From NCBI GenBank assembly GCA_030149205.1, contig JASBSB010000001.1, positions 540,001 through 572,000 on the forward strand: a stretch of DNA of 32,000 nt. Reading direction: 5' to 3'. The DNA comes from Candidatus Heimdallarchaeota archaeon (GTDB lineage Archaea > Asgardarchaeota > Heimdallarchaeia > Heimdallarchaeales > Kariarchaeaceae). Shown here piece by piece: positions 1-8,521 of this stretch (position 1 is the stretch's first letter; each line of letters begins with the position of its first letter). The notes under the pieces are model-generated. The model searched no databases. It was given only the letters and a program-made list of their open reading frames with translations, and was not told the DNA's origin. Both the position numbers and the translations under genes were made by a program.

Positions 1-327
1 GATTTAAATGTTAAAGAGATCGAAGCAGCGGCGATCGTCTCAATTGAGGGATTACCTATTGCTGCTCGTATGCCTCCAGAGTATGAGGACGCACTAGTAG
101 CGCCTATGACCGCTGCAATGCTATCATTAGGAGAAAAAATTAGTAATAATTTGCATAGGGGATTGTTACAGAAAATCTTTGTCGAAGGGGTAGAAGGCCA
201 TGTAATTTTTGTAGCCGCAGGTTCAAATGCAGTTTTAACAGTATCAACAACAAAAGATGCAAAATTAGGGTTGATTTTTCTAGAGATGGATGAAGCAGCA
301 AAGAAAATAGCAGAGGTTCTCGGATAG
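1..327 (+). CDS. Roadblock/LC7 (MglB-like) domain protein, 5'-truncated by the window edge
   Basis: Frame 1 is open from base 1: DLNVKEIEAAAIVSIEGLPIAARMP..DALVAPMTAAMLSLGEKI..L.RG.LQKIFVEG.EGHVIFVAAGSNAVLTV. This is the roadblock pattern (S.DGL.I, L..G.L..I.IEG..G). TAG stop at 325-327. Confidence 0.85.
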   Translation, partial: DLNVKEIEAAAIVSIEGLPIAARMPPEYEDALVAPMTAAMLSLGEKISNNLHRGLLQKIFVEGVEGHVIFVAAGSNAVLTVSTTKDAKLGLIFLEMDEAAKKIAEVLG

Positions 328-444
328 ACAATTTCTATCATTCTTTATATCTTATCAGATAATTTCCAAAACATTTCCGCATTTTGTGAAAATAATACGG
401 AGGCTACCTCAAATTCTTACAATTTGAATTGAACAAAGGGATAA

Positions 445-452
445 TTTTATAT
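445..452 (+). promoter_or_regulatory. Candidate archaeal TATA box for the glutamate synthase operon
   Basis: TTTTATAT lies 24-31 nt upstream of the TTG start at 476; position only, in AT-rich DNA. Confidence 0.3.
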
Positions 453-475
453 TTGAAAATATATTCAATGGGATA

Positions 476-2041
476 TTGGAAATCAGAGAAACTAGTCCCA
501 AACAAACCAACTTGCACAAGGTTCTCAAAAACAAAAACATACATCCAGATGGGAAATTAAGTGGGTACCATCGATTTTCTATAGATACTGTCTATACTCC
601 ACCTCGAATTCCGAAACCATTTTCCTTTCTACCAACTGTTAATAAAATTGGATTAACTAAACTTCTTGTGAAGGAGGTATTTCATTATAATTTCAAATTG
701 ATAAAATCAGATTACAGGCAAGCCTTAATGAGTAGACCATGTATTTATGGAGTATTTAGTGGACCGATCGGAGGATTTAATCCAATCAAAGAAAAATGTA
801 CAGGCTGTCTTAGGTGCGTACAAGAGTACCCTGATGTATGCAACGTAGAAATCAATCCTGAGTTTGACCAGTACACAGATTCTTTCTGGAGAAGAAAAGA
901 TCCAATTTACTCCTCTACAAGCCCTTATTCTTTGATTATAAATGAAGCAGAAACTGGAAAAATTCCAGTTAAAGGGATGGGCTATAAGGGTTCATTTGCC
1001 GATGAAGGCTGGGATTCAATATGGACTGACATGTCTGAAATCGTGAGACCTACAAGAGATGGTATATATGGTAGAGAATTCATATCCACAAAAGTTACAA
1101 TCGGCTCTAAGCTTGGCACATATAGGGAGTTATCTGACCCAATCGAGTCATCTCTTCCAATTTTATTTGACCTAACACCAGTTAAAAACAACAAGATACT
1201 GATAGAGACTTTAGCAAAGGCATCTGAAAAAAATGGTACGTATTTTTTAATCAGACCATCTGAGATTTCTGCAATTCCCAGAAAATTTCATAAGAACCTA
1301 ATTTACTCTATCGAGGACATGAAATACACTAATCATAAATCATACCAAGACATTAGAATTATTGAGATTAACATTGTTAAAGCGATTGGGATAGAACAAT
1401 CTATGAATTATAATGATATTTGGAAAAGGCTTAATAGTGAAAGAATAGCAGAAATTGAAAATTTGATAAATAAACTCAAATCTAATGGAAAAAAGATAAT
1501 CCTAAGAATTCCCTTTACTGATGGAATCTTAGAGGGTATAGAAAAACTATCCAAGGCAGATATTGATGGTTTTCATCTTTTTGCGAACTATCATGGTCAA
1601 ACATACGAACATTCTCCAAGATTTATTTCTCGGGTCTTACGTGAGGTTCATGAATTTATGTTGAAGAAAAACATTCGAGATAAATTTACACTTGTGACAA
1701 GTGGAGGAATCATCTTAGCGGAGCATGTGCCAAAAGCAATAATTTTTGGGGCAGATTTAGTTGGAATAGATACAACACCATTAGTTGCTTTACAAATGAG
1801 GTTCAAGGGGGAATGTGTTGACGCAGATTCTGCAGAATTTTACAGAGACAGTTTTGATGTGGAGTGGGGAGTTAACAGGTTAACAAATTTGTTTGGTGCT
1901 TGGCATAACCAAATTCTTGAAATCTTAAGTGCGATGGGGATGAGAGATATAAGAAGGTTAAGAGGAGATATAGGAAGGGCAATAATCAAAGAGGAGATGG
2001 AGGCGGAGGCATTTGAAGGAATTAGGAGGATAACCGATTGA
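476..2041 (+). CDS. Glutamate synthase-related protein: N-terminal Fe-S motif plus a degenerate FMN-type TIM barrel
   Basis: CTGCLRCVQEYPDVC ferredoxin-like motif; IVRPTRDGIYGREFISTKVTIG and C-terminal TSGGIILAEHVPKAIIFGADLVG / LSAMGMRDIRRLRG match GltB FMN-domain segments. Lacks MSFG, TGEGG, K.AQGAKPG and the C-terminal 3Fe-4S Cys motif. TTG start is uncertain. Confidence 0.75.
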   Translation: MEIRETSPKQTNLHKVLKNKNIHPDGKLSGYHRFSIDTVYTPPRIPKPFSFLPTVNKIGLTKLLVKEVFHYNFKLIKSDYRQALMSRPCIYGVFSGPIGGFNPIKEKCTGCLRCVQEYPDVCNVEINPEFDQYTDSFWRRKDPIYSSTSPYSLIINEAETGKIPVKGMGYKGSFADEGWDSIWTDMSEIVRPTRDGIYGREFISTKVTIGSKLGTYRELSDPIESSLPILFDLTPVKNNKILIETLAKASEKNGTYFLIRPSEISAIPRKFHKNLIYSIEDMKYTNHKSYQDIRIIEINIVKAIGIEQSMNYNDIWKRLNSERIAEIENLINKLKSNGKKIILRIPFTDGILEGIEKLSKADIDGFHLFANYHGQTYEHSPRFISRVLREVHEFMLKKNIRDKFTLVTSGGIILAEHVPKAIIFGADLVGIDTTPLVALQMRFKGECVDADSAEFYRDSFDVEWGVNRLTNLFGAWHNQILEILSAMGMRDIRRLRGDIGRAIIKEEMEAEAFEGIRRITD

Positions 2042-3330
2042 GTCTGATCGAACTTAAGATAAATAAACATGGAAAGGCAATAAATAGGGGAATTGACACC
2101 CTAGCACTCTTAAAATCAACAATTCCACCTGCGCTTGGAAATTTCAGATGGACAAAGGATTTAATCCTATCAACTTATTACCAGGCATTAATGGGAGAGA
2201 TACCTCCTGAAACAATGAACTATAAAACTGGAGCGTCTGGTGGGGGGTTTGATAAATTAAAATTTGATTTTACTGAATCTGTATCATATGATTCTATTTC
2301 TCAATCTGAAATTAAATTAAGCTTAGAGCTAAACAAAAGAAGAAATGGAAAAAGTTTAACAATTCAACAACCAACCTATGGTGGAGGGATGTCCTTTGGG
2401 TCAGTCAGTTTGAACTTTATGTTAGCAAGAGCTATTGCAGCTGAAAATCTACAAACGCTAACCTGTACTGGTGAGGGAGGATATCCAACGGAACTCTTTC
2501 CTTATTCAAAAAATATAATTACTCAAGTAGCTACTGGTCTCTTTGGTGTACGTGAGGAGACGATACAAAAATCCCCTATGATTGAGTTCAAGTATGCTCA
2601 GGGGGCAAAACCCGGATTAGGTGGCCACCTACTTGCTGATAAGGTGACAGCATCAGTTGCAAAGATGAGAGATTCAGTGGAATTTTCAAGCTTATTTTCC
2701 CCATCTCCTTTTCATTCTGTATATTCTGTTGAGGATCATAAAAAGCACGTAGATTGGATTAAAGCTGTAAATCCGGAGGCATTGATCTCAGTGAAGGTTT
2801 CAACTCCAAAGGATGTAGAAATGGTTGCAATTGGCTCATACTATGCTGGTGCGAACGTAATTCATATCGATGGTGGATATGGAGGAACTGGAGCTGCTCC
2901 TGAAATCGCAAAGAAAAATATTGCTATGCCTATAGAGTATGCTATCCCCCGTGTACACAAATTTCTGGAACAAGAAGGTGTGAGAGACGAAATTACCTTA
3001 ATCGCAAGTGGAGGTATTAGAACTGCATATGATGTAACTAAAGCTATTGCCCTTGGTGCTGATGGTGTAGTAATTGGTACTGCTGAAAATATAGCTGTAG
3101 GTTGCACACATTGTGGAAATTGTGAGAGAGGAAGAGGATGTCAAATAGGAATTGCAACCTCAGACGAAGAACTTAGCCAATACAGGGATTTGAGTTGGAG
3201 TGTGGAGAGGATCACCAATATGTATAAGGCCTGGAAAAAGCAATATAAGGTAATCCTAGCACAGCTAGGGTTAAAGAGTATTCAAGAGTTACGTGGGAGA
3301 AAGGATTTGCTTTTGTATGGAGGAAAATAA
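2038..3330 (+). CDS. gltB2: FMN-binding glutamate synthase subunit (GltB2-type)
   Basis: GMSFGS, TGEGG, QVATGLFGV, EFKYAQGAKPGLGGHL, DGGYGGTGAAP, ASGGIRT and CTHCGNCERGRGCQIGIAT. TTG start overlaps the upstream TGA (TTGA) and has an AGGAGG SD. Confidence 0.9.
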   Translation: MSLIELKINKHGKAINRGIDTLALLKSTIPPALGNFRWTKDLILSTYYQALMGEIPPETMNYKTGASGGGFDKLKFDFTESVSYDSISQSEIKLSLELNKRRNGKSLTIQQPTYGGGMSFGSVSLNFMLARAIAAENLQTLTCTGEGGYPTELFPYSKNIITQVATGLFGVREETIQKSPMIEFKYAQGAKPGLGGHLLADKVTASVAKMRDSVEFSSLFSPSPFHSVYSVEDHKKHVDWIKAVNPEALISVKVSTPKDVEMVAIGSYYAGANVIHIDGGYGGTGAAPEIAKKNIAMPIEYAIPRVHKFLEQEGVRDEITLIASGGIRTAYDVTKAIALGADGVVIGTAENIAVGCTHCGNCERGRGCQIGIATSDEELSQYRDLSWSVERITNMYKAWKKQYKVILAQLGLKSIQELRGRKDLLLYGGK

Positions 3331-5847
3331 ATGAAAGAATTTGAAAAAATTTTACATTCCCGAGAAAACTTGAGTACTGATATTCCTTTAAAAACACCAA
3401 CAGCTGAAGGAGAGGGAGGCTGTGGTGTAATTGGATTAGCCTCAAGCTCTCTCATCAAAGGGAAACATCTTAAGAAAGCCATTCAACGGATGCTTAACAG
3501 AGGGAATGGTAAAGGAGGGGGTATTGCAGCAGTTGGTTTATCCCATGAAGATTGGGGTGTTGATAAAGAAACTCTTGAGCAGAATTATCTAATAACCGTT
3601 GCTTTCTTAGACAAATCAATTATTGAAGAGGCTGAAAGTAATTTCATTAGAAAAACATTGGACGTGAAACATGAAGGAACCTTAAAGCTCAAAATTAGCG
3701 AAGAATTACAAGTTGACCCACCCTTAGTAAAGTTTTATTTCGCTAGAGTGAACGAACAGAGTCTATCTAACTTTATGACACAATATGAATTAGAGGATAA
3801 ACAAAAAGCTGAGGATGAATTTATTTACCAAAATTCATTTACACTCAATAAAAATTATTATGAGGCACTTGGAGAGAAAAGAGCATTTGTTTTATCACAT
3901 GGTAAGAACATGACGGTTTTAAAGATAGTGGGACATCCACATCAGGTTTATGAAGTTTATGACATAGATGAATTCAAGGCCCATGTTTGGATCGCACATA
4001 CAAGATATCCTACAAAGGGTATCGTGTGGCATCCAGGGGGTGCACACCCCTTTATTGGATTAAATGAGGCTCTCGTTCATAACGGGGATTTTGCAAATTA
4101 TCAAGGTGTTAGAGAATATTTAGCACAACGTAATATATTTCCCTTGTTTCTTACGGATACTGAAGTCGCAGCTCTTCAGTTTGACCTTTACAGCAGAGTT
4201 TACCAATACACTAATGAGGAAATTATAGAAGCTATGGCTCCTACAACAGAAAGAGATTTTCTGATGCTAGAGCATGATAAACAACAGCTTTACAAAAATA
4301 TCCAAAATAAACATCTACATGGGTCTCCTGATGGACCATGGTTTTTTATAGTGGCTCAGAGCAAACCAACTGAATATGCCTATAACCTTATAGGTATTAC
4401 TGACACGTCCATGTTAAGACCACAGGTCTTTGCTCTATATAACGGCGAAGAATCGATTGGAGTTATTGCCTCAGAGAGACAGGCAATAGATGCAGTATTA
4501 GCATCAATAGCATCTGAAGATAACAGGTTCTCAGCTAAAGCAGATAGGTACTGGAATGCAAGAGGAGGAAGCTATGTTGATGGTGGAGCATTCATTTTTT
4601 CTGTGATCAATAGAAATGACAAAAAGAAATTAATTTGTACTAATAAGTTCGGTGAAGAAATCACCCCAATTGCAAAATCAGACAATAAAGAGCTTGACCC
4701 ATTTATTAAATCGATTATTTTATCTTCAAACATCCTTGGTGATGTAGAAGCTACAGAGTTAATCAATAATAACACGTCTATTTTCCAACTGATTGAGAGT
4801 ATTAGAAATCTTAATGAAAATTCACTTGATGATAAATTCAACAAATTTCGTTTGCTTTCACACATCTTGGATCGAAAACATCTCATTCCAAACTCTTTTG
4901 ATGGTCGAATTACAGAAATCTTGGAAACAACAATCAATGGTATACTAGATGAATTTCCGATAATTGGAGAGAAACAGAAAATTGTTAAAATCGATTATGA
5001 TTCAAGAGACAATCTGATTGAACCAACTGACAATGACCAGATGCTAGTTTATAATGTAGCCAAATTCCAATCTGAGGGAGTTGAAAGTGCCTCAAGACAG
5101 CTTGTAGAAATTTATAAAATGGGATGGAAGAAAGTTATCAGTTACAATTGGGAAGGACAGAGATTCTGTGGGGCTGGTTTAGGACCTAATTCACATGGAT
5201 TTGAACTCCATGTATTTGGGAATCCAGGAGATTACCTTGCCTCAGGGTTGGATGGTGCGGAAATTTATGTGCATACATCTGCCCAAGATCAGGTTGCTCA
5301 AATCATGAGAAGTGGTAAATTAGTAATTTATGGGGATGTTGGTCAGACTTTCATGTATGGTGCCAAAGGTGGTGAGGTCTATGTGTTGGGAAACGCTGCG
5401 GGTCGTCCACTAATCAATGCTGGAGGGAAACCACATGTTATTATTAATGGGACATGCCTTGATTACCTCGCAGAATCATTTATGGCTGCTGACCCTCTCA
5501 GAGGTGGTGGATTTGTTTTGTTGAATGGTTTAACTTTTGATAATGAAGGTGACCCAGTCAATTTACCGACGTCTTATTCTGGTGGAAATCTTTTTTCCCT
5601 AGCTGCAGGGGGCGCAATTTACCTCAGAGACCCTTATGACACAGTTCATGAGGATCAACTTCATGGTGGAGAGTTTATTGAACTTTCAATAAATGATTTT
5701 GATTTAATACACCAATACCTGATGAATAATTTAGATTTATTTGGGTTTTCAGTTTCTACTGAGAAAGATGAGACCAATCATGATGTGTATCTGAAAGCGT
5801 ACAAAAAGATAATTCCCCTAAAAAACACTGAACTTACTAAACATTAA
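3331..5847 (+). CDS. Glutamate synthase class II glutamine amidotransferase domain fused to a C-terminal GXGXG domain (GltB1+GltB3)
   Basis: EGEGG-CGVIG (Ntn Cys31 after a 30-aa propeptide), RGNGKGGG, HTRYPT, AHPF, HNGDFAN, TDTE, DGP, LRPQ, ASE; C-terminal GQRFCGAG, GNPGDYLASGLDG, YGAKGG, GNAAGRP repeats. GGAGG SD; ATG abuts the upstream TAA. Confidence 0.9.
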   Translation: MKEFEKILHSRENLSTDIPLKTPTAEGEGGCGVIGLASSSLIKGKHLKKAIQRMLNRGNGKGGGIAAVGLSHEDWGVDKETLEQNYLITVAFLDKSIIEEAESNFIRKTLDVKHEGTLKLKISEELQVDPPLVKFYFARVNEQSLSNFMTQYELEDKQKAEDEFIYQNSFTLNKNYYEALGEKRAFVLSHGKNMTVLKIVGHPHQVYEVYDIDEFKAHVWIAHTRYPTKGIVWHPGGAHPFIGLNEALVHNGDFANYQGVREYLAQRNIFPLFLTDTEVAALQFDLYSRVYQYTNEEIIEAMAPTTERDFLMLEHDKQQLYKNIQNKHLHGSPDGPWFFIVAQSKPTEYAYNLIGITDTSMLRPQVFALYNGEESIGVIASERQAIDAVLASIASEDNRFSAKADRYWNARGGSYVDGGAFIFSVINRNDKKKLICTNKFGEEITPIAKSDNKELDPFIKSIILSSNILGDVEATELINNNTSIFQLIESIRNLNENSLDDKFNKFRLLSHILDRKHLIPNSFDGRITEILETTINGILDEFPIIGEKQKIVKIDYDSRDNLIEPTDNDQMLVYNVAKFQSEGVESASRQLVEIYKMGWKKVISYNWEGQRFCGAGLGPNSHGFELHVFGNPGDYLASGLDGAEIYVHTSAQDQVAQIMRSGKLVIYGDVGQTFMYGAKGGEVYVLGNAAGRPLINAGGKPHVIINGTCLDYLAESFMAADPLRGGGFVLLNGLTFDNEGDPVNLPTSYSGGNLFSLAAGGAIYLRDPYDTVHEDQLHGGEFIELSINDFDLIHQYLMNNLDLFGFSVSTEKDETNHDVYLKAYKKIIPLKNTELTKH

Positions 5848-5874
5848 ACAATTCAAATTCAATATAATTTGATA

Positions 5875-6708
5875 ATGGTGAATTTCCCATCTGAAGAAGA
5901 ATTCATTGAAATGATCGAGAAATCGAAACAGAAATCTCTTGCTAAAGACCCTATAGTCTACATCAAACCGCCCGTGATACTATTAGGGGATATTCACGGA
6001 GATGTTGAAAGTCTAGTAAAGGGGATTAAACTTGCAGAAGATGAAAACATTGAACAAATTATATTGCTAGGTGACGTGATAGATCGTGGTGAATATCAGA
6101 TCGAGGTCTTCTTAGAGGTGCTAAAAAAGAGAGAGAATTTGCAGATTATACATATCAGGGGGAATCATGAGGATCTAAGTATCAGTAATCGATTTGGGTT
6201 CATTGAAGTGATAAGAAAGCATTTTTCAGAAAAGGTTGTTGATAAAATAGGGGAATATTTTTCTTCATTGAGTGTTGCGTGCATTATTGAAGGAATTGCC
6301 TTCTGCGCACATGGCGGGTTTCCTTTGGGAATAAAAGATTTAAAGCAGATTAGAAAAGATGGTCCAGTTGTTGAGAACCAAATTACCAGAGAAATTCTTT
6401 GGAATGATCCAGTTGAAGGATGGAAAAACTACATTGAATTTGAAAATATTGATGATTTCGGTGATTTACGTATTGATAACCCTCGAGGTATAGGTTATCT
6501 ATTCACTAAAAGTCAAGCAAAAAAATTTTTGGAGGAACATCAACTAAAGTACTTAATCAGGGCACATATAGCACTTAGGTCAGGATATATCTGGTATAAT
6601 GATTACACTCTCTCAGTTTTTTCTTCAGCTTCTGGACCATACAAGGGGTTTGAAAGAGCCCAGTTAATCATAAATGAAGAGGGAGAACTGAGATTAAAGA
6701 AATTTTGA
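5875..6708 (+). CDS. PPP-family serine/threonine protein phosphatase
   Basis: GDIHGD, GDVIDRG, RGNHE, HGG, EILWNDP, RGIGYLF, LIRAH, SVFSSA. ATG at 5875 chosen over TTG at 5869. Confidence 0.9.
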   Translation: MVNFPSEEEFIEMIEKSKQKSLAKDPIVYIKPPVILLGDIHGDVESLVKGIKLAEDENIEQIILLGDVIDRGEYQIEVFLEVLKKRENLQIIHIRGNHEDLSISNRFGFIEVIRKHFSEKVVDKIGEYFSSLSVACIIEGIAFCAHGGFPLGIKDLKQIRKDGPVVENQITREILWNDPVEGWKNYIEFENIDDFGDLRIDNPRGIGYLFTKSQAKKFLEEHQLKYLIRAHIALRSGYIWYNDYTLSVFSSASGPYKGFERAQLIINEEGELRLKKF

Positions 6709-6720
6709 ACACTGGATTTA

Positions 6721-8472
6721 GTGATGAGCCACAAAGATAATAACCAACGTGAAAAAAATATATTTGGAAATAGCTTGTCGAAAGGGTTGACTGTAATAAT
6801 TCTGATTGAAATCTTCCTAATTAGCTTAGGAACCTCTTCAAACAGCTTTATCATACCCTCAAGTAGTCATTATCAGAGTCCTATTAATATGAGTGTGAAT
6901 CAAGGCAGTTCAATTGATCTAACACTAAATATATCCAAAATAAACATAGAAAGGGGAAACAATTTTTTCATCCTTTATGGAGTCACGAATAAAACAAATC
7001 CAACCCAGTACTTATCTGGCTACGAGTTTCACCTCTACACAAAAAAAACTTCCAGTAACAGTTCAATTACCCTGTTGAATGGTACCTCTTCTAACTTTTT
7101 AGGAAATTTTACTGTAGAAACTTACTTTTCAGAAAAACCTCTAACAGTTGGGAACTATTCACTGTTTTTAGATGTAAACACAACAAAAGGTATCGTGTCT
7201 AAGAATACCACATATAGTATCTTTGCTAGTCCCCAAGCTAATGTAATTTTCCGATTTTTCCCAGGAAGTAACCTGAATGTAAATTTAAACCAACTCGTTA
7301 ACGTTTCTCTAATCATTGAAAATATAGGGGAATCGAACGCATTCAATGTCTCTAGTATTGTTCAAAGTTTAAACGAACCAATCGGGATAAATGAAACTAT
7401 ATTTCCAGTTAATATGGCAATCCTCACTCCAAATAAAAGAATACAACTCAATTTTACTATCAAACCAACTAGGGTAGGATTAGGCGCTTTAGACCTGCTA
7501 ACCTCTTATTCAACTATAAACAATGTGAAGACGCTGAAAACAATCCAACTATTCATTACAGTTAAACCAAAGTTAGTAGTTGAATTTAACCCAAAAGATC
7601 AACTCCTATTTTCGAACACTACAACAGTATCTGTTCAAATAAGAAACCTTGAGAACTTTTCTGTAATTATTTCGATCTCCTTAACGTCAGACCTAATTAA
7701 CTTTAACCAACCGATTGAAACAAAAGCTCATGAACTTCCAGCTCTTTATACTCAAAATATTGAATTCATTGGAAATGTATTAAAAACTGGAGCCGCGTCA
7801 TTAACACTTACTGTAATTTTCTATGATCAGGACGGGAGTGGCTCAATCCCTATATTTATTATAACAAGAATTGTGCTCATTCAATCCAACCAAATCCCCC
7901 CGTCTCTCTTGACTGATTATTTACTTTTAGTTGTCCAGCTACTTGGTTATATCTCACTCGCAATATTGATTTTAGGGAGTGTATGGCTTTATTTTGACAA
8001 AGAGAACAGGTATAAACTTATTTCAAGAGTTATTCCCAAGAATCCTGCAGATCGACTGAAATTACCAGGTAATTCTATAATTGTAGATGGTTCAAATGTC
8101 GCTTGGGAGATTCCCGAAAAAGGTAGAGCAAATTTGAATAATTTAGACCTAGCAATTAAAACGCTTAAGAATAAGGGATTCAAGGATATTGTTATTGTGG
8201 TAGATGCTGCCCTGAGATATCAGGTTCAAAATAAAGATCAGTTTGACAAATTGGTGAAAGAAGGAAAACTTAAGGTAATGCCTGCGAAAGTTAATGGAGA
8301 CCAGTTTATCTTGAGGTTAAGTGATGAACGGAATGCCTTCATCTTATCTAATGATTTATTCAAAGAGTTCAGAGAAGAATTTACAAACATTGATGATAAG
8401 AGGGTACCGTATACGATTTTAGATGGAATATTATATTTACATCCTCTCGCAACCGATCATAAGAGTGAATGA
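6721..8472 (+). CDS. Single-pass membrane protein: signal/TM, glycosylated beta-rich ectodomain, TM helix, cytosolic Zc3h12a/Regnase-like PIN (NYN) RNase domain
   Basis: Hydrophobic N-terminus (aa ~22-40); many N-x-S/T sequons in aa 60-330; TM DYLLLVVQLLGYISLAILILGSVWLYF (aa 399-425); then IVDGSNVAW (D456), VVDAALRY, NGDQFIL, ILSNDLFKEF. Confidence 0.8.
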   Translation: MMSHKDNNQREKNIFGNSLSKGLTVIILIEIFLISLGTSSNSFIIPSSSHYQSPINMSVNQGSSIDLTLNISKINIERGNNFFILYGVTNKTNPTQYLSGYEFHLYTKKTSSNSSITLLNGTSSNFLGNFTVETYFSEKPLTVGNYSLFLDVNTTKGIVSKNTTYSIFASPQANVIFRFFPGSNLNVNLNQLVNVSLIIENIGESNAFNVSSIVQSLNEPIGINETIFPVNMAILTPNKRIQLNFTIKPTRVGLGALDLLTSYSTINNVKTLKTIQLFITVKPKLVVEFNPKDQLLFSNTTTVSVQIRNLENFSVIISISLTSDLINFNQPIETKAHELPALYTQNIEFIGNVLKTGAASLTLTVIFYDQDGSGSIPIFIITRIVLIQSNQIPPSLLTDYLLLVVQLLGYISLAILILGSVWLYFDKENRYKLISRVIPKNPADRLKLPGNSIIVDGSNVAWEIPEKGRANLNNLDLAIKTLKNKGFKDIVIVVDAALRYQVQNKDQFDKLVKEGKLKVMPAKVNGDQFILRLSDERNAFILSNDLFKEFREEFTNIDDKRVPYTILDGILYLHPLATDHKSE

Positions 8473-8521
8473 ACTGAATTCGTAGTTATTGAAACAAAAA
8501 ACCTAATAAATACCACCAAGA

